Source: Chthonomonas sp. UBA2017
GTDB lineage: Bacteria; Armatimonadota; Fimbriimonadia; Fimbriimonadales; Fimbriimonadaceae
Assembly (NCBI GenBank): GCA_002335425.1
Contig: DDCB01000036.1
Location: 11,470-75,469, forward strand
Direction of reading: 5' to 3'
Length of the DNA stretch: 64,000 nt
This document shows positions 56,867-64,000 of the stretch, piece after piece (position 1 is the stretch's first letter; each line of letters starts with the position of its first letter). Both the position numbers and the translations under genes were made by a program. The notes beneath the pieces are model-generated. The model did no database searches. It saw nothing but the letters and a program-made list of their open reading frames with translations, and was not told the origin of the DNA.

Positions 56867-58177
56867 TTATCCCGCTTTTCGGAGTTGATCTTCGGTCAAC
56901 AACTCCGGTGGGTTCTTTTCGGTGATCACCCCCGCCGGAATCAGGACCTTCTTCACCGAGTCGCTGCTCGGGACTTCGAACATGGCTTCTTGCATCACGT
57001 CTTCGATGATGCCGCGGAGCGCCCGGGCTCCAGTTTTGCGCTTGAGCGCTTCCGAGGCGATCTCTTTGAGCGCTTCCGAGTCGAATTCGAGTTCGACGCC
57101 ATCCAACTCAAAGAACTTCTGATATTGGCGAAGAAGCGCGTTCTTGGGCTCGGTCAAAATGCGGACCAGCGTCTCTTCATCCAGCTGATCGAGCGTGGCC
57201 AGGACCGGGAGCCGGCCGATGAACTCTGGAATCAGACCGAACTTCAGTAAATCGTCCGGCAGGACGCCTCGGAGGACGTCGCGCTTGCGTTCGGCTTTGC
57301 TCTGAGGGTCGCTCCGGAATCCCATCAGATTCTCTTTCTGTCGCCGCATGATGATCTCTTCAAGACCATCAAAAGCCCCGCCACAGACAAACAGGATGTT
57401 CGTCGTGTCGATCTGGATGTACTCTTGCTGCGGGTGTTTTCGGCCGCCTTGGGGCGGAACGTTGGCCGTCGTGCCTTCCAAAATTTTCAGCAATGCTTGC
57501 TGAACACCTTCACCGCTCACATCGCGGGTGATCGAAGGGTTCTCGCTCTTTCGAGCGATCTTGTCGATCTCGTCGACGTAAATGATTCCACGCTCGCAGA
57601 GCTCTTTGGCGTTCTTCGGGTCCATCGCATCCGCGGCTTGATAGAGCTTCAGGAGGATGTTCTCGACGTCTTCGCCCACGTAGCCGGCTTCGGTGAGGGC
57701 GGTCGCGTCCGCAATCGCGAACGGGACATGGAGCATCTTGGCGAGCGTCTGCGCGAGCAAGGTCTTGCCCGATCCGGTCGGACCCACCATCAAGATGTTT
57801 GACTTTTGCAGCTCGACATCGGTCGATTTCTCGTTGACCCGTTTGTAGTGGTTGTAAACCGCGACCGCGAGCGATTTCTTCGCTTGGTCTTGGCCGATCA
57901 CATAGTTGTCCAAGAATCCGACGATCTCTTTGGGCTTTGGCAACGACTTCCGATCGAGCTTCGGGGAACCGGTGGCTCGGCCCAGCGGAGCCGTTCCCGT
58001 CTCGGTTTTGCCCAGCGCATCGCCATTGGCCGACGCCTCGTTCTGGAGGATGTCATTGCAAAGATCGATGCAGTCCGAGCAGACCGCACCATGGAGCCCG
58101 ACAATGAGCTTTTTGACTTGTTCTTTCGTTTTGCCGCAAAGGCAACACTGGTCCCTTCGTTCAACGGTTCGCGCCAT
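56867..58177 (-). CDS. clpX: ATP-dependent Clp protease ATP-binding subunit ClpX
   Basis: N-terminal zinc finger [14 protein letters not shown]. Walker [16 protein letters not shown], Walker [10 protein letters not shown], and a sensor region. Confidence 0.95.
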   Translation of the reverse strand: MARTVERRDQCCLCGKTKEQVKKLIVGLHGAVCSDCIDLCNDILQNEASANGDALGKTETGTAPLGRATGSPKLDRKSLPKPKEIVGFLDNYVIGQDQAKKSLAVAVYNHYKRVNEKSTDVELQKSNILMVGPTGSGKTLLAQTLAKMLHVPFAIADATALTEAGYVGEDVENILLKLYQAADAMDPKNAKELCERGIIYVDEIDKIARKSENPSITRDVSGEGVQQALLKILEGTTANVPPQGGRKHPQQEYIQIDTTNILFVCGGAFDGLEEIIMRRQKENLMGFRSDPQSKAERKRDVLRGVLPDDLLKFGLIPEFIGRLPVLATLDQLDEETLVRILTEPKNALLRQYQKFFELDGVELEFDSEALKEIASEALKRKTGARALRGIIEDVMQEAMFEVPSSDSVKKVLIPAGVITEKNPPELLTEDQLRKAG

Positions 58178-58198
58178 GGATATTCCTTCCTTTCTAAC

Positions 58199-58813
58199 TT
58201 ATCGGGTTCCAGGTTCGAGAACCTTATCGATCAAGCCATAATTCTTGGCTTCTTCGGCGCCCATGAAGTAGTCGCGGTCCATATCCTTGGCGACTTGCTC
58301 GTCGGGTTTGCCGGAGGCTTCGGCAAGGATTGCCGTCAAAATATGCATATATCGCTCAGCTTCGTTGATCGCGATCTTCATATCAGAGAGTTGCCCTTGG
58401 GCTCCTCCGCTGACCTGGTGGATCATGACCCGCGCGTTCTTGAGGCAGTGGCGCTTTCCTTTGGTGCCGCCGGCAAGGAGAACCGCCCCCATGCTGGCGG
58501 CTTGTCCGACGCAGATCGTCGCCACGTCAGGCTTAATCATCTTCATGGTGTCGTAAATAGCCAGACCCGCGCTGACGACGCCTCCCGGGCTGTGGATGTA
58601 AAAGTCGATATCCTTGTCGGGGTCTTCCTTTTCCAGGAAAAGAAGCTGCGCAATGATGAGATTAGCGACGTAATCGTCGATGGCCGAACCGAGGTAAACG
58701 ATTCGGTCCTTCAGCAAACGAGACCAAATGTCATAGCTTCGTTCGCCGCGAGCGGTCTGCTCAATGACGAAAGGGACGCCCATTCCAGTAATTTCCATGA
58801 TCGGTCCTCTCAT
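58199..58813 (-). CDS. clpP: ATP-dependent Clp protease proteolytic subunit
   Basis: Contains [40 protein letters not shown] (active-site Ser) and MIHQVSGG (His). The start may be an internal Met (58798 or 58783). Confidence 0.95.
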   Translation of the reverse strand: MRGPIMEITGMGVPFVIEQTARGERSYDIWSRLLKDRIVYLGSAIDDYVANLIIAQLLFLEKEDPDKDIDFYIHSPGGVVSAGLAIYDTMKMIKPDVATICVGQAASMGAVLLAGGTKGKRHCLKNARVMIHQVSGGAQGQLSDMKIAINEAERYMHILTAILAEASGKPDEQVAKDMDRDYFMGAEEAKNYGLIDKVLEPGTR

Positions 58814-58836
58814 TGTTGGCGAGGCTCAGGCAATTT

Positions 58837-60144
58837 TCAGGCCTGGGCGTATTCGATTTTAGCTTCGTTGTTGAGATATCCCACGACCTTCTTGAAGATC
58901 GCTCGATACTCCAGTTCTCGAAGATTGTTCGTGCGTCGCAGCTCCTTCAGGAGCTCTTCCGGATGGATATTGAATTCTCGCGCCATGCCCATCAGTTCGT
59001 CAGACATGTCTTGGTTCGTCAGCTTCATGGCTTCGCGCTTAAAGATCTCGGTGATCGCCACCGCTCGGAGAACTTGGGTCTTCGCTTCGGCTTCGTAGCT
59101 CTTGACCAGCTCGGCGATCTCCATTCCCCGCTCTTGCGCGTAGTCTTCCATCTTCATCCCAGCCTCGTGGACTTCGCGAGCGAGATCGTTCAGCCGCTGC
59201 ATGGCGACGTTTTGCCACATGGTGTCGGGGACGTGAATGGTGCTGCTCGCGACGATCTGGTCCTGAAGCTGCTCGTTGAGGTTCTCTTGGGCGTTGTCCT
59301 TTTTCGCTTCCATCAAGCGAGCCTTCAGCTTCGCCTTGAAATCGTCCAAGTTGTCAGCCTTCATATCCTGGGCAAAGGCGTCATCGAGTTCGGGAATGAT
59401 GACGCTGTTGAGGCTCCGCACCGTGATCGTGCAATCGGCCTTCTTACCCGCTAAGGACTCCTCTTGGAACTCCTTCGGGAACTTCAGGTCGATGTGCTTC
59501 ATCTCTTCGGCGCTCATGCCGGTCAATGCCGCGTCGAGGTCCTTAAAGGTCTTGCCGACCACGACCATAAACGTTTTGCCGTCGCCCTCTTCGTCCTTGG
59601 ACCGGATGTTGATCACCGCGATGTCGCCTTCTTGGGCCCCGCGACCGGTGATCGCTTCGCGCTTACTCTTTCGCTTGCGAAGCGCTTCAATGCGCTCGTC
59701 GAGCTCTTCGTCGGTGACATCCACAAACGGCATGGTTGCGGTCAGCCCTTTGTATTCTCCGAGCTCGACAATCGGGGCCAAAGGCACAATCGCGTCGAAT
59801 TCGCACTTGCCCTCTGCGCGCTCCAGAGCCTTCAGTTCGACGCCGGGGCTCTCGTGCGGCACCAGTTTTTCATCCGTGAGAGCCTTTTGAAGCACATTCC
59901 GGACGATCTCTTCGGCCGCGGCATTCTTGAGGTCACTTTCTGGCACGAACCGCTCGATCATCGCCTTGGGCGCATGGCCTGGCCGAAAGCCGGGCACTCG
60001 AACCCGCTTGCCAAACTGCTTGAGCGCCCGATCAAACCCGGCTTCGACTTGATCCGAGGTGCAAGCGATACTCAATTTCACCGTGCACGGGTTCAAGTCC
60101 TCGCGCGTTACTTGTGCGATATTCGTCATCGTTGATCCTTCCAT
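58837..60144 (-). CDS. tig: trigger factor
   Basis: Ribosome-binding motif GFRPGHAPK, a central FKBP-like region, and a position upstream of clpP-clpX. The start may be ATG 60129. Confidence 0.9.
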   Translation of the reverse strand: MEGSTMTNIAQVTREDLNPCTVKLSIACTSDQVEAGFDRALKQFGKRVRVPGFRPGHAPKAMIERFVPESDLKNAAAEEIVRNVLQKALTDEKLVPHESPGVELKALERAEGKCEFDAIVPLAPIVELGEYKGLTATMPFVDVTDEELDERIEALRKRKSKREAITGRGAQEGDIAVINIRSKDEEGDGKTFMVVVGKTFKDLDAALTGMSAEEMKHIDLKFPKEFQEESLAGKKADCTITVRSLNSVIIPELDDAFAQDMKADNLDDFKAKLKARLMEAKKDNAQENLNEQLQDQIVASSTIHVPDTMWQNVAMQRLNDLAREVHEAGMKMEDYAQERGMEIAELVKSYEAEAKTQVLRAVAITEIFKREAMKLTNQDMSDELMGMAREFNIHPEELLKELRRTNNLRELEYRAIFKKVVGYLNNEAKIEYAQA

Positions 60145-60190
60145 TGAACCCTCCTAGTGTACCTGGTGACGGTTCGGGCGGCTGGAGCGG

Positions 60191-60895
60191 CTAGCCTTCG
60201 CGGGGCCGAGTCGTCAGACGCTCGATCCGCTTTTCGTATCGATCCCCCACGATCAGACGATCGACATAGATGCCGGGCGTATGAATCTGGTCCGGGTCCA
60301 ACTCTCCGACCTCTACAAGCTCTTCGACCTCGGCGACGCAGACTTTGCCTGCGGTGGCCATCATCGGATTGAAGTTGCGGCTCGTCTTTCGGAAGATCAA
60401 ATTGCCCGAGCGGTCGCCTTTCCAAGCCTTAATGATGCTTAGATCGGCACGCAACCACGATTCCATCACATACCATTGACCGTCGATTTGCCGGGTTTCT
60501 TTGCCTTCGGCCACGATGGTGCCGTAGCCCGTCTTGGTGAAGAAAGCCGGGATTCCCGCTCCTCCAGCTCGGATTCGCTCCGCCAAGGTGCCTTGAGGAT
60601 TGAACTCCAGCTCAAGTTCTTGGCTCAAGAACTGCCGCTCGAACTCGGCGTTTTCGCCGACGTAGCTGCTGACCATCTTTTTAATCTGACGAGTCTGCAG
60701 GAGGAGGCCCATTCCGAAGTCATCGACCCCGCAGTTGTTACTGATGACGGTGATGCCTTGGACCCCCGAATCTCGGAGCGCCACAATCAAGTGTTCGGGA
60801 ATGCCACACAGGCCAAACCCGCCCGACATCACGGTCATGCCATCAAACGGAATCCCTTCGAGGGCGGCTTTTGCGTCAGGATAGACCTTATTCAT
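60191..60895 (-). CDS. scoA: 3-oxoacid CoA-transferase subunit A
   Basis: ATG 60895 gives [37 protein letters not shown].. with [13 protein letters not shown] and SYVGEN motifs. The track start at 61243 was rejected. Confidence 0.85.
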   Translation of the reverse strand: MNKVYPDAKAALEGIPFDGMTVMSGGFGLCGIPEHLIVALRDSGVQGITVISNNCGVDDFGMGLLLQTRQIKKMVSSYVGENAEFERQFLSQELELEFNPQGTLAERIRAGGAGIPAFFTKTGYGTIVAEGKETRQIDGQWYVMESWLRADLSIIKAWKGDRSGNLIFRKTSRNFNPMMATAGKVCVAEVEELVEVGELDPDQIHTPGIYVDRLIVGDRYEKRIERLTTRPREG

Positions 60896-60927
60896 CGTAC
60901 AGGGCCATTCTACTAGGCCCAGCCAAG

Positions 60928-61278
60928 CTACTGCTTGTCGAGGTCGATCGGCTTTTTTCGAGCGGGCTGAGCCTTTTCGGATTCCACCTGCGCGATCTGC
61001 TCGGGCGTACCTTGAATGATGTCCACTCCCGGCCCAGCGACTTTTTCCCAAGTCCCCTTGCCCGCCTTGCGGAAAGTCGAGAGACCCTTTTTCGCCGCTT
61101 GGTCCGCCCCTGAGGGGCGCGTCAACTTGAACGCCGCTCGGCTCACGAGCTTTCGACACTTCAGACCGCACGTCGGACAGTGCTCTAGCGGCGGATCGTC
61201 GATGGACTGGATCACCTCGAACCGATTCTCGCAGATCGGACAAGGAAAACCTATCGGTTCGTATTCATAAATCGGCAT
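60928..61278 (-). CDS. FmdB-family zinc-ribbon protein (CxxC_CxxC_SSSS)
   Basis: ATG 61278 gives [46 protein letters not shown]. The track start at 61500 was rejected. Confidence 0.8.
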   Translation of the reverse strand: MPIYEYEPIGFPCPICENRFEVIQSIDDPPLEHCPTCGLKCRKLVSRAAFKLTRPSGADQAAKKGLSTFRKAGKGTWEKVAGPGVDIIQGTPEQIAQVESEKAQPARKKPIDLDKQ

Positions 61279-61535
61279 GGCGGTCAGACCAGAAGAAAAA
61301 GCGAAATCCGGGGACTTTTGACCCAGTTTCGCCAAAATCGTGATACAGTATAGACGGTCTGGAGGACGCACTATGACGAAGACCGTTGCGAAAAAAGTAG
61401 GACCTGAGCCAGGCGAAGATCCACCAGGCTCCGAGAGCCCCGTCGACGACGGGGAGATTGATTGAATCTGATCAAGAAGATGAACCCAGGGCTTTCGCAC
61501 CTCGCGAAGGCCCTGAACTCTTTATTTGAGGTCCC

Positions 61536-63482
61536 TTAGTTGATTTGGACCATTTCGAAGGCTTCGATCACATCGCCTTCTTTGAACGCGGTGAAGCCGT
61601 CAAACTGGATGCCGCAATCTTGGCCCGCGATCATCTCGCGAACGTCTTGCTTCACGTTCTTGAGCGAACCGACCTTGCCTTCCCAGACCACTTCGTTGTC
61701 GCGCTTGATGCGGACATTGCAGTTTCGTTGGACCTTGCCATCGGTCACGTGGCAACCGGCGACGAGTCCGTACTTCGTGAGGTTAAAGACCATCCGAATT
61801 TCGACGGTCCCGAGATACTCTTCCACGAACTTCGGTGCGAGCATGCCCTTGATCGCGGCTTCGATATCTTCGATCAACTCATAAATAATCGAGTAAGTTC
61901 GAATTTCGACCTTGGACCGCTCGGCTTCTGATTTCGCAGTGGGTTCGACCCGAGTGTTGAACCCGACGCAGATGGCGTCCGCCGCACTCGCCAAAAGGAT
62001 ATCCGACTCGGTGATCGTCCCGACCCCACTGTGAATGACCTTGACCGTCACCTCTTCGTTCTCGACCTTTTCGAGCATCCCTCGGACGGCTTCGACCGAG
62101 CCTTGAACGTCGGCCTTGACGATCAGATTCAGCGTCTTCATCTCGCCGGAATCGAGCGACTTTCGAAGGTCGCCGAGCGAGACTTTCCGCTTGCTCGGAG
62201 CGAACGCCTTTTCTCGATCCGCCGAAGCCCGCGACTCGGCGGTCGTTCGAGCCTCACGCTCATCGGCGGCAAAGGCCACCCGGTCGCCCGCGTTTGGAAC
62301 GTCCGTCAGGCCCAAAACTTCGACGGGCGTGCTTGGACCGGCTTCTTTGATCCGCTCGCCGCGATAGTCCATCATCGCTTTGACCTTGCCATAGGTACTT
62401 CCAACGATCAAGTTGTCGCCGATCTTGAGGGTTCCTTCTTCGACCAGGATCGTTGCGACCGGTCCGCGCCCCTTTTCGAGCTTAGCCTCAATGACAACAC
62501 CATCCAGCGAGGTCCGCGGGTCTGCGGTCAAACCCATGATCCCCGCCTGGAGCAGAATCAACTCCAGCAGATCGGGGACCCCCTCTCCGGTCAGGGCCGA
62601 GACTTTTGCGACTTCAACATCGCCGCCATAAGGGATCGGAATGACCTGATGCTCGGTAAGTTGCTGCATGACCCGGTCCGGATTGGCGTCCGGTTTGTCC
62701 ATCTTGTTCACGGCGACGATCATCGGGACGCCCGCGTTCTTCACGTGGCTGATCGCTTCGATGGTCTGCGGCATGATGCCGTCGTCGGCCGCGACGACCA
62801 AGATCGCGATGTCCGTCACTTGGGCTCCGCGCGAGCGCATGGCCGTAAAAGCCGCGTGACCCGGGGTGTCGAGGAACGTGATCTTGCCTTCGGGCAGTTC
62901 GACTTGATAAGCGCCGATGTGCTGGGTGATTCCGCCAGCCTCCTTGGAGGCGACATTGGCCTTGCGAATATAGTCCAGCAACGAAGTCTTGCCGTGATCT
63001 ACGTGACCCAAAATCGTCACGATCGGAGGTCGAGGTTGTGCGCCGACGGCTTTCTTGGGCCCGCTCGCCGTAGCCGGACTCGGTTTGGCAGGGGCCGGGG
63101 CGTCAACCCATTGAACTTCGTAACCCAGGCCGGCGACGAGCTGTTCCACGACCTCTGGCTTGAGCACGGTGGTGAGCTGAGCCATCACTTTGTGCTTGGT
63201 GATCAAGGTCTTTTGGACTTCGGGCTGGGGGACCCCGAGGGCTTGGGCGACGTCGCGAGGGGTCCGATTCGCAAGCATCGGGACTTTTTTGCTCCCTTTG
63301 AGCGCGCGGGCCGCCTCTTCGACCAGTTCTAAGATGTCGGCGTCGGCTTCAAACGACGTCGAATCGTGCTGAACCCCGAGCTCATCAAGAACCCCCATCA
63401 CTTGGCCCGGAACCAAGTGAGTGTTCTTCGCCACGTCTGCGATACTGGTCTGCATAGGACTTTTCTCTAATTGAGTTTGCAC
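61536..63482 (-). CDS. infB: translation initiation factor IF-2
   Basis: G domain [22 protein letters not shown] and NKMD, followed by the C-terminal IF-2 domains. The track start is GTG 63482. ATG 63455 (MQTSIADV..) is an equally good start. Confidence 0.95.
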   Translation of the reverse strand: MQTQLEKSPMQTSIADVAKNTHLVPGQVMGVLDELGVQHDSTSFEADADILELVEEAARALKGSKKVPMLANRTPRDVAQALGVPQPEVQKTLITKHKVMAQLTTVLKPEVVEQLVAGLGYEVQWVDAPAPAKPSPATASGPKKAVGAQPRPPIVTILGHVDHGKTSLLDYIRKANVASKEAGGITQHIGAYQVELPEGKITFLDTPGHAAFTAMRSRGAQVTDIAILVVAADDGIMPQTIEAISHVKNAGVPMIVAVNKMDKPDANPDRVMQQLTEHQVIPIPYGGDVEVAKVSALTGEGVPDLLELILLQAGIMGLTADPRTSLDGVVIEAKLEKGRGPVATILVEEGTLKIGDNLIVGSTYGKVKAMMDYRGERIKEAGPSTPVEVLGLTDVPNAGDRVAFAADEREARTTAESRASADREKAFAPSKRKVSLGDLRKSLDSGEMKTLNLIVKADVQGSVEAVRGMLEKVENEEVTVKVIHSGVGTITESDILLASAADAICVGFNTRVEPTAKSEAERSKVEIRTYSIIYELIEDIEAAIKGMLAPKFVEEYLGTVEIRMVFNLTKYGLVAGCHVTDGKVQRNCNVRIKRDNEVVWEGKVGSLKNVKQDVREMIAGQDCGIQFDGFTAFKEGDVIEAFEMVQIN

Positions 63483-63730
63483 GAAATTTCCTCTTGAATG
63501 CGATGAAGCTCGTTCGGCTGGGCCTTACCTCGCCAGGCTCGTTCGAGCTTCGATTTTTGGAGTGCATTTTGCCAGCACTCCCAATTCGGACAGACATAGG
63601 CGCCACGCCCTGAGGCCTGGCGCCCGATCCCAAGGTCTCCGGCTTTCGAGCGGGCAATTCGGATGAAGTCCGAAGAGTTCGCTTTCTTTCGACAGCCGAC
63701 GCAAGTCCTCTCGGGATTAGCTGGCGTTCT
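63467..63730 (-). CDS. ylxR: YlxR/DUF448 family RNA-binding protein (start codon unresolved)
   Basis: Not in the ORF track. The frame reads ..[61 protein letters not shown].. with TAG at 63467-63469. This is the canonical nusA-ylxR-infB position. Confidence 0.6.
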   Translation of the reverse strand, partial: RTPANPERTCVGCRKKANSSDFIRIARSKAGDLGIGRQASGRGAYVCPNWECWQNALQKSKLERAWRGKAQPNELHRIQEEISCKLN

Positions 63731-64000
63731 CGGCCTCCGACTTGTGCTTCCCTTGAGCTTCGACAGCGGCTTGGCTTTCGCTCCGAATGTCGATTTTCCA
63801 CTCGGTCAGGCGCGCCGCCAATCGAACATTTTGGCCGCCTTTGCCAATAGCCAACGAAAGCTGCGTGTCGGGCACGACGACATAGGCACTCTTCTCTTCT
63901 TCGTTGAGCTTGATCGAATTCACCTTGGCCGGGCTCAGGGCGTTGGTGATATAGGTCTCGGCGTCTTCGCTGAACGGGACGACGTCGATCTTCTCCTCGA
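63717..64000 (-). CDS. nusA: transcription termination/antitermination factor NusA (3' end only; runs off window)
   Basis: Contains the KH-domain signature [26 protein letters not shown]. The frame is open to nt 64000. The stop TAA is at 63717-63719. Confidence 0.85.
   Translation of the reverse strand, partial: EEKIDVVPFSEDAETYITNALSPAKVNSIKLNEEEKSAYVVVPDTQLSLAIGKGGQNVRLAARLTEWKIDIRSESQAAVEAQGKHKSEAENAS

Noticed and set aside
63385-63801. 138-aa track ORF spanning the infB-nusA junction.
   Set aside because: It is a different frame of the region that encodes YlxR and the NusA C-terminus. Its translation is Arg/Ser/Gly-rich and has no motif.

Overview
High-GC bacterial chromosomal window: hand-counted housekeeping lines are about 62-70% G+C. 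It is densely coding, with about 60 CDS and 2 tRNAs. I found no rRNA, CRISPR array, transposase or integrase.

Most of the window is housekeeping:
- nuoB-nuoI, metX, and two tandem PilT-type ATPases
- an SPFH protein, and class II RNR nrdJ translationally coupled to nrdR
- a secreted S8 protease, an MCP, a FadN-like beta-oxidation enzyme with etfBA, and pepF
- an orphan histidine kinase, hslV coupled to a MarR gene, pth, and uppP
- a surface-glycan locus: wecB, a WecA-like transferase, a Wzx-fusion protein, a Wzy-like protein, a Wzc-like protein, a WbaP-like transferase and glmS
- a thioredoxin-domain protein, a GT39-like protein, and an ECF sigma/anti-sigma pair
- der, a PagL-like protein, a Kef-type antiporter, tig-clpP-clpX, scoA, and infB-ylxR-nusA

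Two AT-rich accessory insertions stand out.

(1) 42160-45739, minus strand. This is a three-gene operon chained by 4-nt overlaps, and sampled lines are 35-43% G+C. Gene 1 is a small coiled-coil protein with one TM helix. Gene 2 has three TM helices and a large cytoplasmic domain. Gene 3 is a soluble acidic protein with a His/Cys-rich core and an exact 3 x 27-bp in-frame tandem repeat. I recognise no known family or catalytic motif in any of the three. This is my best candidate for an undescribed system, possibly a defence or conflict system, but that function is inference only.

(2) 50615-53030, minus strand. This is a four-gene coupled operon:
- a DUF1573-like gene that is out of frame at a G9 tract
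- a DUF1559-type pseudopilin
- a small secreted protein with 10 cysteines
- a secreted protein with a C-terminal anchor

Other oddities:
- an in-frame TGA splitting a signal peptide from a beta-barrel ORF
- a catalytically degenerate BY-kinase domain
- a flippase fused to a second large membrane module
- a membrane zinc-ribbon protein with an L7/L12-like C-terminal domain

All calls come from reading the translations and sequence by eye. No database search was run.
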